From assembly GCA_963663895.2 (NCBI GenBank), contig CAXXRD010000005.1, positions 96,001 to 160,000 of the forward strand: a stretch of 64,000 nucleotides of DNA, written 5' to 3'. The notes beneath the pieces were generated by a model that saw only the letters and a list, made by a program, of their open reading frames with translations, was not told the DNA's origin and searched no databases. A program made the position numbers and the translations under genes. Source of the stretch: Dehalococcoidia bacterium (GTDB taxonomy: Bacteria > Chloroflexota > Dehalococcoidia > Bin125). Below, in pieces: positions 30,491-40,600 of this stretch. Every line of letters starts with the position of its first letter. Position 1 is the stretch's first letter.

Positions 30491-30589
30491 CTAGGCCTCG
30501 TCTTCGTCCCCGCCGCGGCGTCCCATGATGATCCTTCCCGCGGCGGCCACGAGGGCGAGGATGGTGCTGAGGAACAGGATTCGCTTCAC
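30491..30589 (-). CDS. Small single-TM protein (32 aa, MKRILFLSTILALVAAAGRIIMGRRGGDEDEA)
   Basis: GTG start with AAGGAG 6 nt upstream, hydrophobic core and TAG at 30491-30493; below the ORF-track cutoff. Confidence 0.6.
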   Translation of the reverse strand: MKRILFLSTILALVAAAGRIIMGRRGGDEDEA

Positions 30590-30730
30590 GTCGCACTCCT
30601 TCGACTGCGGGCCGGAACCAGCCAACCCGGGGTCGTTCTCGCCTCGGCGACCTAGGCCGAGGGCAGACGAATACTAGCATTACGCATGCGCGGCTGGCAG
30701 CCGCTTGAGGATGGCCGGTCTGGCCCGCGA

Positions 30731-31276
30731 TTACTCGGGAAGGGCCACGAGGTCCGGCGGAACGAGAAGGCGGTCGCCCATCTGGACTCGGCGGGCGGCG
30801 AACCAGCCGCGCGTCATCTCCAGGGCGTAGAGATAGGGCCGGCGGGGGGCGACGAGTTCCGTGCTCAGCGCCTCAAGGTGAAGCAACGCGATCAACCGGC
30901 CGTCGGGGGCCAGAAAAGCGATGTCTAGATCCAAGGGAGTGTCGCGGTTCCAGAAGGGTCCAGCGGTTTCCTCGGGGAAGATGAAGAGCATGCCGGCATC
31001 CGGCCCGAGTTCGGCGCGGTGCATGAGCCCGCGCGTGCGGCGCGCGAAGGTATCCGCGATCTCGAGGTCGAGCGTGAAGGAGCGACCGTCGGCGGTTTCG
31101 AGATTGAGGAAGAGGGTGTTGAAGGAGATCGACTCCACGCCCTCTGGGAGAGAAACATCGCGCGGATCGGGCGTGGGAGGGGAGGGCTGGGACCTACAGG
31201 CGCACGCGAGCAGCAGCCCTGCGGAGAGCGCCAGGAGGATCAGGCCGGTCTTGGTCGGGGTGAGCTTCGAGGACAT
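30731..31276 (-). CDS. DUF192 family lipoprotein
   Basis: LEIADT..RR.RGLM.R, GMLFIF, FW..DT.L.LDIAF and YALEM; LLLAC lipobox. Confidence 0.88.
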   Translation of the reverse strand: MSSKLTPTKTGLILLALSAGLLLACACRSQPSPPTPDPRDVSLPEGVESISFNTLFLNLETADGRSFTLDLEIADTFARRTRGLMHRAELGPDAGMLFIFPEETAGPFWNRDTPLDLDIAFLAPDGRLIALLHLEALSTELVAPRRPYLYALEMTRGWFAARRVQMGDRLLVPPDLVALPE

Positions 31277-31380
31277 GGACCGCATCGCGCTCTAGAGTAT
31301 CGGAAGATGCGGTATCGGAAGAGAAGCCGTGGACAAAGTCGGAGCCGGGCCCCGGCGGCGGGGCACCCTACACTCGTGAT

Positions 31381-31456
31381 GGGCCTGTAGCTCAGGGGTC
31401 AGAGCAGGCGGCTCATAACCGTCCGGTCGCTGGTTCGAATCCAGCCGGGCCCACCA
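31381..31456 (+). tRNA. tRNA with CAT anticodon, probably tRNA-Ile2 (lysidine)
   Basis: GGGCCTG/CGGGCCC acceptor stem, GGCGG-CT-CAT-AA-CCGTC anticodon arm, GGTTCGAATCC and ACCA end. The paired G1-C72 excludes an initiator tRNA. Confidence 0.92.
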
Positions 31457-31910
31457 TCACGTACTGAACTGCGAACTCCTTCGGCGAGCGCCACCTCGGC
31501 GGCGTCCTTGTGCCCGATCGGGCTGTCTTCCGGCATCGGGATCGTGTAGTGGATCACGGCCCGGCCGGGCTCGACGGCGATGCGCTTGATGAAGGTCCGC
31601 AGGAAGGCCTTCGATCGGTGATGTCGCTGCTGCGCAGGAACTCGGCCATATCTGCGACGAACTCGGCCACTACCTCGGCCTTATCCAACAACACGCGACG
31701 CTCGGCGAGGGCGTTCCTCGCCTGCTCGGCCGCAGTCTCCAGCTGCTTCTTGCGCGCCATGTACTCGCGGATGCGCGGCGCGGCGTCGTCCACATCAAGG
31801 TCGGTCTTCTCGATCACCCGCCAGATGCGGTCCAGCATCAGCCGAATCTCGCGCAGCTCGGCCGCAGTCTCCAGCTGCTCGCGCTCCTCGCGGGCCGCGC
31901 CGTCCATCTC
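31457..31910 (-). pseudogene. C-terminal remnant of a large serine recombinase abutting the tRNA 3' end
   Basis: Coiled coil (RIREYMARKKQLE) then KAFLRTFIKRIAVEPGRAVIHYTIPMP, reading into the tRNA complement (GGPGWIRT). No catalytic N-terminus; internal frameshift. Confidence 0.72.
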
Positions 31911-32268
31911 CTCAGTTGCACAACTCTTCTACGAGTGTCTGATGCTGTGCGCCTTGCATTCGACGCCAAAGACAACGGCAACACCAGCGGCTAAGCTGGC
32001 CGACTTGGACCAGCTAGACTCGCTTTTGAAGTCAGAAGTGTGGAGGCTTCTGCTAAGGCTTGCCGGTACCGAGAGCGTCGTTGAGAACGTCTAGCTCACC
32101 AACAACGAATCCGTGTCTCCGTTGTCGCCGTACGCCGAGTATGCATCCGTCGTGCTCCGCTGAGGCAATCAAGCGTCTGCATCATTCCGCCGACCGAGCC
32201 TCGGCAGTCGGTGTCCAACCCCGCAACGCTCGATGCGCATTGGCCATTCCCTGCTAGACGCGAACGTG

Positions 32269-33309
32269 TCAGCGCCCTGTTACTGCTGCATACAGGTGAC
32301 CAATGGGCGGACTGGTTGTTCTATCCTGACCGCAGGTGGCACGGGTACGTTCGCCGGTACGAACCTCCACATGGACATGTTCGTCTGCAGAACCGTTTAA
32401 GTAGGGGTAGCCACCTTGAATGCCAAGCCGCTTCCCCACCCAAACTGTTTCATCTTTCACCACTTCAGCGGCTCGCGCATGCAAGTAGACGACAGTAGTG
32501 CGCCTGTGTTTGTCGTAGATTGCAATTGTTCCTAGCCCAGTCCCATCTTCGGCTCTGGTCACGACCCCCGTCGTCAGCGAGTAGAAGTACTCGTCGTCAG
32601 TCTCGTCAGGGTCGTCCCCAGCAACGGTTAACGTCTGCGAATCCCATCCTGCGTGCTTCCAATCGGTTCGGCCGTTGCATTCATAGCTTCGATTGTCGCC
32701 ATAGTTGCCGGTTGTCTGCGCGGGTTCGCTCGCGAACAGATAACTTAGGAGAACTTGTTTCTTGCAGCTGTCGTCTTGGCAGAATGGATGAGAATAGACG
32801 GAACTCAGTGGTATGGGAATCTGAATCCAAGATGTAGCGAACCAGCCGGAATGACTGGCTTGAAGTGTCCAGATAGTCGGTCTAATGTCGCTGGGATGCC
32901 AAGCGACGCGAAATGCGAGCTGAAGCGATCCGGTGCTATGGATCTTTCGTGCGATGACGCGGCCTGAGAAGCCGTTGGCTAGTTCCAGTTCAGCGCTCTC
33001 AACCCAACGACTCACTCCGCTCATTCGGTGCGTCTGAGACCAGTCAGGGGCCGTGGTAGGAGGAAAGTTGACCCGGTGCCACCTGTCGCTATCCGGTGCA
33101 GCGTAGTCGTACAGCCATACCGTGGCGACCGTGTTGGATCTTTCGCTCCACTTAGCCCATATCCGAACCCAGGTCTGCTGCCTAGATATGTTCTCCTGCG
33201 TTGCTGTACCTTGCACAGAGAGGGCGGGTGTGGCGACGACGAGGACGGGGACTAGCCAGAGCAGGAGTTTCAGCTTGACGGCTGTCCGCAAAGTGCTTCG
33301 ACCTGCCAT
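32269..33309 (-). CDS. Secreted M23-family metallopeptidase
   Basis: Signal peptide, HAGWD (HxxxD), VYLH and HVHVEVR motifs; low-GC segment. Confidence 0.75.
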   Translation of the reverse strand: MAGRSTLRTAVKLKLLLWLVPVLVVATPALSVQGTATQENISRQQTWVRIWAKWSERSNTVATVWLYDYAAPDSDRWHRVNFPPTTAPDWSQTHRMSGVSRWVESAELELANGFSGRVIARKIHSTGSLQLAFRVAWHPSDIRPTIWTLQASHSGWFATSWIQIPIPLSSVYSHPFCQDDSCKKQVLLSYLFASEPAQTTGNYGDNRSYECNGRTDWKHAGWDSQTLTVAGDDPDETDDEYFYSLTTGVVTRAEDGTGLGTIAIYDKHRRTTVVYLHARAAEVVKDETVWVGKRLGIQGGYPYLNGSADEHVHVEVRTGERTRATCGQDRTTSPPIGHLYAAVTGR

Positions 33310-33363
33310 GTGATATTCTCCGAGTCGCTAGCGATTCGATCTGGACGCAATCGGGGCGAACCA

Positions 33364-35832
33364 GTGAAACAGCTTCTGACGGCTTCAGCCATCTTGCTCG
33401 TCGCGTTGTCAGCGCTAACGACCGAAGCCTCCGCTTCGGCAACCACCGCCACGATCTCTGGCCGGATTTCTCACGCGCCCGGTGATGAACCTGTCGCCCT
33501 GCGGATCCACGTATGTCACCCGGTTGAGCCAAGTTTCTCCTGCCTCCCATCGATTGCAATCACATCCGGATCGAGATTCCAGCTTTCAGTACCAGCAGGC
33601 GCCTATCAGGTCTGGTTCAAAATCGGCTCAGGTTCACTGCAAGCCTGGTACGACGAGTCATCCCCAGGAAACGTGACCTTCGACTTTAGAACCTCCACGG
33701 TGATACAAGCCAGCAGCGGGTCAGTCACCCTAAAGGACATCACGCTACCTCCGCTGACCACCATCACTGCCACCATTCACGACCCCGAAGGCGATCCAGT
33801 AGCCGGGGTAGCGGCCTATGTCACGAATCTCAACCACAACAACGTCTCTAAGACCTTTTCGACTGCCGATGGTGGGTTCTCCTTAACTTTACCGCACGAC
33901 ACCTACCACTTACAGCTCTTCCCTCCATCGACCTCGTCCCTCGCACCAGGCTACTACAGCACCCTCACGCCGACACGTCTCACTGCAGGACATTCCCCCT
34001 TAGCGCGATTCGAGCCGTCCGACTTCCCCATTGATCTCACCATCATCCTCACCAATGCCAGTTTCGTGTCGGTAACCACCAAAGACGCCAATGGCAATCT
34101 AATCTCCGGCATTAGCCTTGGCCTCTGTCACAGCAATGGCGGCTTATGTCAGTCGGGCAACTCCGCCAGCCCTCGCCAGGAACTCGCAGGTGGCGACGGG
34201 AGTTATAGGCTACACGCCGTTGTCGAAAGCACCATCTACTATCTTTCGCGAAACAATGGTGCACCTACACAGCACTTTGGCGAAGCGCTCGTCATCAACT
34301 TTCCGGCGGACTCCGGAAAACACCTTGAGTTCCGCATACCTGATCCCGATGATCTCGAGTACTACACCGTGAACATCACGGCGCCTCCATCGTCTCTTGC
34401 AGGCTGGAGCTACGAGGCGCAGTACTCAGACAGAGGCGCTTCCATTGGTATCTCACAACTGGGCAATCGACAGACTCTGCCGCTCCCCGATAGCGCTTTC
34501 CGCGTGCTCCTCCAGTCGCCCGCCGGTCACTACTACTATGATGCAGGACAGGGTAACTGGAGCCTGGATCGCAGAGACGCCGTTACGCACCACCCTGGTG
34601 ATCTAGCGGGTGCAGGGCTGACGCTGACTCTGCCGACCGCCCTTGATGTCTTCGACCCGATTGAGGTTGAGCTTGAGTTGGTGCCGGGAGTCAACATCAT
34701 ACCCTGGACCGCAGGGACCATTCCACTTGACCGCATCCGCAACGCAGTTGGCGGATCGACGATGCTCGCCCGGCTAGCGGGTAGTGCCCCTGAGCCGGGA
34801 TCTATCGCGCTTCGGCTGACAGATGCTGACCGTGACGGCCATCTTGGCGTGGGCGACGTGCTCGTTGCCCTTCACTTCGGCAGCGACGCTACTACGATTA
34901 AGACTTACCCTCCGCCTCCATTCAACTCCATTGAACTTGCACCAGATGGTCAGATCGTTGCCTGGCCGGGACCGTCCGACACCCGCTTGGCCGATATCGC
35001 GAAGGGACTTGGCTCGTTGCTAAGGGAGATCGCCGTGATTCCAAGAGTGGAGGGCTCGCGTCCACAGGCGTTGGGGCTTGCCGACGACCCAGTGGTTGAC
35101 CATGGAGCGCTCTTGTTCATTGATGTCTCAGCCCCAACCGTTTGGCTGGGACAGCAGAGTCGCGCGAACGTCGCTCTGAGCAGAATCGCGGTGGACCATG
35201 CCCCGTCAACCGAGAGGTTCATTCTGCGAGAGCTAGCGGACGTTCAGGCTCTGTTTTGGAGCCACTATGGCCTGCGGCGTGACGATTTGGTGTTGACGAT
35301 CGTACCGTGGCGACACCACAGCTCGGGCGGGCTGACGGGGATTACGCTGGACACATTTGCGATTGCGCATAGTAACGGTCTGTTTGGTCTGTTAGTGCAT
35401 GAGTACTGGCATACGATTCAGTGGGCTCACGATCCTGAGCGCCGAGCCCCCAGCTGGATGATCGAAGGCTCTGCTCAGTGGCTTCAGTACAGCGGCCCGG
35501 TACGTCGCCAAGGATCGGTTGATTGGGGCGAACACTATCGAAGGTATGCCGTAGAGCAAGCGGGTTCGACGGAGTACAGCCTGAAGAGTCTGGCGGAGGA
35601 AACTGACAATGGATGTGCTGATGAGTTGTGCTACGACCTTGGATACTTGGCGGTCGAGCTATTGATGAGGAATCATGGGGGTGAGGCGAAGCTGATTGAC
35701 TATTGGCGTCAGCTTCAGGTGTTCGACGAATGGCAGGAGGCGTTTGCGGAAGTGTTTGGAACCTCCGTAGAGGAGTTTTACGAGCAATATGCTGAATGGA
35801 GGGCCGCTGGCTTTCCGCGACCTGTCGAGTAG
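33364..35832 (+). CDS. Large secreted protein: carboxypeptidase-regulatory-like beta repeats plus C-terminal HEXXH (MA-clan) peptidase-like domain
   Basis: Signal peptide MKQLLTAS..ASA, GDPVAGV...TADGGFSL repeats, HEYWH..Q, PSWMIEGSA and YDLGYLAV; low GC. Confidence 0.75.
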   Translation: MKQLLTASAILLVALSALTTEASASATTATISGRISHAPGDEPVALRIHVCHPVEPSFSCLPSIAITSGSRFQLSVPAGAYQVWFKIGSGSLQAWYDESSPGNVTFDFRTSTVIQASSGSVTLKDITLPPLTTITATIHDPEGDPVAGVAAYVTNLNHNNVSKTFSTADGGFSLTLPHDTYHLQLFPPSTSSLAPGYYSTLTPTRLTAGHSPLARFEPSDFPIDLTIILTNASFVSVTTKDANGNLISGISLGLCHSNGGLCQSGNSASPRQELAGGDGSYRLHAVVESTIYYLSRNNGAPTQHFGEALVINFPADSGKHLEFRIPDPDDLEYYTVNITAPPSSLAGWSYEAQYSDRGASIGISQLGNRQTLPLPDSAFRVLLQSPAGHYYYDAGQGNWSLDRRDAVTHHPGDLAGAGLTLTLPTALDVFDPIEVELELVPGVNIIPWTAGTIPLDRIRNAVGGSTMLARLAGSAPEPGSIALRLTDADRDGHLGVGDVLVALHFGSDATTIKTYPPPPFNSIELAPDGQIVAWPGPSDTRLADIAKGLGSLLREIAVIPRVEGSRPQALGLADDPVVDHGALLFIDVSAPTVWLGQQSRANVALSRIAVDHAPSTERFILRELADVQALFWSHYGLRRDDLVLTIVPWRHHSSGGLTGITLDTFAIAHSNGLFGLLVHEYWHTIQWAHDPERRAPSWMIEGSAQWLQYSGPVRRQGSVDWGEHYRRYAVEQAGSTEYSLKSLAEETDNGCADELCYDLGYLAVELLMRNHGGEAKLIDYWRQLQVFDEWQEAFAEVFGTSVEEFYEQYAEWRAAGFPRPVE

Positions 35833-35952
35833 GACGTCGCGAAGCACATTTGGAGTGACTGGGGCACCGATATGGGTTTGTTCTCGTGTGGCAACTGAGC
35901 ATTACTGGACCGGTAATGCCAAGCCCAACTTGTCGTCTTTTGCTAGACTGAG

Positions 35953-36201
35953 TTAGCAGGCTGTTGAACTTTGAGTCGTGGGGGCCGGACCTGGCGTTGA
36001 ACGACGGCTGGGCGCGGGCGTTGCAGCGGCTGCGGTCATGTCCTTGACGACGCCGAAGGTCTTCATCACCCGCATCCAGCGCAGCACGTGGTCGAAGCCG
36101 TTGTTCGTCTCCCGCGCATAGGTCCAGACATCGTCGACCACGTCCTGGTCGGGCTGGTAGCCGTCCTCAGCCCCCGCCGGACCGCCTCCGGATAGGGACA
36201 C
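35953..36201 (-). pseudogene. Short high-GC fragment of a larger (probably surface) protein
   Basis: Coding-like stretch YQPDQDVVDDVWTYARETNNGFDHVLRWMRV with no convincing start, at the island GC boundary. Confidence 0.35.
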
Positions 36202-36337
36202 GGCCAGTGCGTTGCGGGGTCCTCTTGCGGGGGGATAGGCGTGGTAATCGTTTAGGCGCGGCGCTTGCAGGCACGGGCGATGTTTGTACGCAGGTAACCG
36301 GGGCCCCTATTCTCTTCCCGAAAGGAGGGCATTCCAC

Positions 36338-36835
36338 GTGACGGCAATCAACGAAACCCTCAACAACAATGCCCGCTACGCCGAGAGCTTTGATAAGGGG
36401 GATCTGCCACTGCCCCCGGCGCGTAATCTGGCTGTCGTCGCTTGTATGGACGCCCGCCTGGATACGCACAAGCTGCTGGGTCTGGAAGAAGGCGACGCCC
36501 ACGTGATACGCAACGCGGGGGGCGTGGTCAGCGACGACGTGATCCGCTCGCTGGTGATCTCTCAGCGCCTCCTGGGCACTCGCGAGATCATGCTCATCCA
36601 CCACACCGACTGCGGGATGGTGACCTTCCGCGACGACGACGTCAAAGACGCGATCGAAGCGGATACCGGACTGCGGCCGTCGTTCGCGCTGGAGGCGTTC
36701 GGGGATCTGGAGAAGGACGTAACGCAGTCCATGGGTCGCATCCAAGCCAGCCCCTTCATCCCTCGCAAGGACGAGGTTCGCGGGTTCATCTATGACTGCG
36801 CCGCCGGCCAGCTCAATGAGGTCGTTCCGGCCTGA
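36338..36835 (+). CDS. Beta-class carbonic anhydrase (small, clade D-like)
   Basis: CMDARL, RNAGG and HHTDCGM zinc ligands; AAGGAGG RBS before GTG at 36338. Confidence 0.93.
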   Translation: MTAINETLNNNARYAESFDKGDLPLPPARNLAVVACMDARLDTHKLLGLEEGDAHVIRNAGGVVSDDVIRSLVISQRLLGTREIMLIHHTDCGMVTFRDDDVKDAIEADTGLRPSFALEAFGDLEKDVTQSMGRIQASPFIPRKDEVRGFIYDCAAGQLNEVVPA

Positions 36836-36862
36836 CCTGCCGGCGCCGGATCGCGTTTCGCA

Positions 36863-36891
36863 TCCCGGCCCGCAGCGCGCGCGGGCCGGGA
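36863..36891. terminator. Perfect 11-bp GC hairpin between convergent genes
   Basis: TCCCGGCCCGC-AGCGCGC-GCGGGCCGGGA; no U-tract. Confidence 0.5.
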
Positions 36892-36967
36892 CGACCGATG
36901 CACGATCGAACCGTCGTGCGGGCGGACGCCTTCAAGCTGGTGGTGCGCTGAGGGGCCGGTTGGCTAT

Positions 36968-37540
36968 TTAGCTACCTCCGGCCGGAAGCCGTCCCTCGAT
37001 CCGCGCGAGGATGTCGCGTATCTCGGCCAGCAGCTGCGCATCGCCGGTGGCGGCGGAGACGGCGGCGCCCGGTTCACCGCTCAGGGCCTTCTGCCGCTGG
37101 CGCAGGATCGCGTCTCGCATCTCTGCAGCGTCGATGATTCCGATCAGATCTCCCTCGCTGCCCGCATTCTGCCCCGCCTGCCCGGCCGTCTCGACTCGCA
37201 GGCCGCGCAGGCCGTAATGACGCATGATCGGGCCGTCGTGCAGACGGACATCCGTGATTCGGTTGAGGGGGATCGTCGACTCCTTGCGGAAGAACACCCC
37301 CTTGCGTATCTCCACTGCCTGGGTGGTCAACCGGCAGGAGAGCCGCTGCATGTACTCGGGGTAGTACCAACGGCTCACCAGAAGCCACAGCGGGATCAGC
37401 AGCGCTCCGAACACGGAGACCAGCAGGAACAGGGAGATGACCAAGGTGCCGTGTCCCGCGATGCCGGGATCGAAGCGCGCCTCAAGGATGGTCTCTCCCG
37501 TGACGCTTGCCGCGCGCTGCGCGCCGCTGGATCCGCTCAT
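36968..37540 (-). CDS. Bacterial PH-domain (bPH_2) membrane protein
   Basis: TM hairpin then RKGVFFRKESTIPLNRITDV..GP..R.YGL..L.VETAG; ATG at 37540 with GGAG RBS. Confidence 0.85.
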   Translation of the reverse strand: MSGSSGAQRAASVTGETILEARFDPGIAGHGTLVISLFLLVSVFGALLIPLWLLVSRWYYPEYMQRLSCRLTTQAVEIRKGVFFRKESTIPLNRITDVRLHDGPIMRHYGLRGLRVETAGQAGQNAGSEGDLIGIIDAAEMRDAILRQRQKALSGEPGAAVSAATGDAQLLAEIRDILARIEGRLPAGGS

Positions 37541-37640
37541 GGTCTCGCTCCCTCCTTGCCGCCGGGCCGTGCCCCTCAAGGGGGCTCTGCATCTCAGGAC
37601 TATACGACGCAAGACGAGCGAGGCGAGCCCATGGTCTCCG

Positions 37641-40600
37641 CTACTCGCCGCCGTGGACGGTGAAGCGGCCGCTGTCGCCCCGTCCGAAGACCTCGGGGAA
37701 ATAGCTCTCCTCGGCGTGTGCGGGGGCGACGAAGAAGTCGCCCGGCGCCGTCGCCCGAGCGTAGTAGACGTACTCATGTACGCCCTGCGGCAGGCGGCTG
37801 GCGAGCAGCACGACGCGATCGTCACGGATGTCCACCTGATCCCACGGGCTGTAGTACCAGGCATACCAGGGCGCGTAGTACGAGGGGGCGCTGCCGCGCG
37901 GGGATTCGGCGCGCTCGGCTTGCAGCCGTTGGCGCAGCTCGACCGGCGCGATGTTCAGCCGCGGGTCGATCGGTTCGAGACCTGCCGGCAGGAAGTCCTC
38001 GATCTTGGCGAAGAGCCGCTCGGCCGGCGCGACCACCGTCAGCCGCACCCGGACCACGTCGCCGAGCGCGGCGCTTGTGATGGCGCGCTCGGGCTCGTCG
38101 AGGAGCGAGTACTGGTGGGAGATGGCGAAGCCGCGGTTGAGCGCCTCGATATCGCGCGCGGGCGTCACGTAGCGCAGGTTGAGGCCGTAGTACAGGCGTC
38201 CGTCCCGGCTGGCGTCGCGCTCGAACTGGACGCGGCTGACCTGGCCCAGCGGCAGATCCGCGAGCGCGACGGCGGCGCCGTCGTGGTAATCGCCGGCGGG
38301 TACGTCGAAGTCGCCGTCGAGCACCTGACGACCGTTGAGCCAGACGGCGTAGTCGTAGGCGCCGCGCGTCTCGCCGGTTAGTTCGGCGAAGGCGCCCAGT
38401 GCGGCCATGCCCTGAGCCCGCTCGACGCTCGTCTTCCAGCGGTCGGCCGTGCGCGCGGTCACGAGCCAGCGGGCGGTCTCCTCGATCAACGGGTGGTTCG
38501 GGTCGACCTCCGTGAGGGCGCGCAACACGAGGGCGGTGGGCCGCACGCTGCCGTTGTGCATCGAGCCGGAGCGCCGCTGGTCCTCCCAGTGGTTGCCGTT
38601 GGCGCTGGCGATGGTGGTGGCGGTGAGGTCGTTCAGAAGAGCGCGCACGGCGTCGTGGCCGGCGTCGTGGCCGCTGGCCAGGAGACCAAGCAGCAGGTAG
38701 GCGCGCCCCCAGCTCGTGAGGCTCGCCCGGTGCTGCTCGACGATGGCGAGCATGGCGTCCGCCTGATCCCGGGCGAGCGTGCTCGTCACGCCGCTGCGGT
38801 TCGCGGCGCTGGCGAGGGCGTACAGGAGGAAGGCGTGCTGGTTCGGGTTTGCGGGCCGCTCGACATCGGTCTCGCGGTTCATGTAGTCCATGATCAACCC
38901 CGCCGCGCGCGTGAGCACATCGTCTGGGACATGGTGGCCAACATCGCGCGCCTCGCCAAGGGCGAAGAGCACCCAGCCGCTGACCCACATGTTGCTCCTG
39001 CAGCCACGACACCAGCCCCAGGCGCCGTCGTAGCGCTGCGTCCTGATCAGCGCCGTCACGTCGGTTTGGAGTTGGTGTTTCTGTGCCTCGGTCAGTCCGT
39101 CGGCGTTGGCGCGACGTACCGCGACGGTGGCGACGACACGGCTCGCGATCCGCACGCTTGACTCGTAGCGATAAGGACTGAAGTGGGACAGCTCCGTATC
39201 GAGCGCCCCGACCAGCGACCCTTGGATCGACAGCTCCAGCGAGCCGGCCTCGGTGACCACGTAGTCGGGAAGGTAAACCGCCTCCACCGCCGGGGCGTCC
39301 TCGACGACGCCCCCGGTTGCGGTCGTCTCGGGCGTGACGTCGAGGTACACAGGGACGCTGATCTCGACGGCGTCGCCGTAGCCGCCGGAGGCGGTGGCGC
39401 GGAAGCGCAGCGCCGCCCTGCCCTCCGCCAGAGCGCGGGCGGGCCATTCAAACACGGTCGAGTCGTCGGGTTCGACGCGTCCGGAGAGGGAGGCCTCGCC
39501 GTCGAGCGTCAGGCCCTCGGCTTCGAGAGCGATAGTCACGTCACGGGCGGCCGCCGTGTCGTTGCGTACCAACGCCCGCAGGATGACGGCGTCGCCGACG
39601 CGCAGGAAACGGGGCAGGGCCGGGCGCACGAGCAGCGGCTGCGTGACCAGCAGCTCGCTCTCGCCCTCGCCGATCTGCGTCGCGCCGTTGACGGCGCGCG
39701 CGCGCGCGCGCCAGGTGGTGGCGTTGTCGGGCAGGCGCAGCTCGAAGTCGGCCCTGCCGTGCGCGTCGGTCACGAGCTGCCCGATCCAGAGCGCCGTGTG
39801 CCGGAAGTCCGAGCGCAGCCGCGGACCGGCGCTACCCTCCGGGCTGCTTCGGGCGAGGGCCTGTGCCGCTGGCGCTGCGGCTTCTTCCGCATCGCCGCCA
39901 ACACCTCCGCCCGCCGTATTCTCCGCATCACCGCTGCCCATGCCCTCATCGCCCTCTAGAGCTTCTTGGTACGCTTCATTGCGGCGGTCGACCGAAACGG
40001 CGAGCGACGAGGCCGTCCGTACGCCCAGCGCGCGCTCGTACCAGAACGCACCCATGCCGTCCGGCCCTGCCTCGTCCGCCAATGAGAGGACCGCTTGGTC
40101 GACGATCGCGACCGAGACCTCGGCCGCGACGCCGCGCCCATCGGCGTCGGTCGCCTGCACCTCGTAGCGCACCGTCTCGCCGGGCGTGGCCTGCTCTCGA
40201 TCCGGATCGATGCGCACCTTGAGTGCGCGCGGTGCCGTCGAGACGGACAGCTCGACGTAGCCGACGTGGTAGCGCGGCCACGGGTCGTCTTGGGTAGGCG
40301 GACGGTAGAGCACGACGCCGACGTAAACGTTGGGCAGATGCGCGTCCTCGATCGGGATGCGGAGCACTTCGCTGTTCGTGTCGAAGCTGCGCACCTTGCT
40401 GCTCAGCACGCGGCCCCGCTCGATCGTCACGAGCCCGGTGGCGCCCGCGAAGGGTGCGGGCACGAGCACCTCGGCGGTATCGCCGACCTCGTAGCGTTCG
40501 CGGTCGGCGATGAGCTCGATGATGTCGTCGTCGCGCACCCGCCAGGGCGCGTATTCGTCGCCGCTCACCCAGAGGGAGGTGGCGGAGCGGGCAACGCGGC

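Noticed and set aside
31381-31456. tRNA as selC or initiator tRNA
   Set aside because: 76 nt, CAT anticodon, no long variable arm and paired G1-C72.
37822-39447. 541-aa Arg-rich ORF inside the A2M gene
   Set aside because: Alternate-frame artefact of GC-rich codons.
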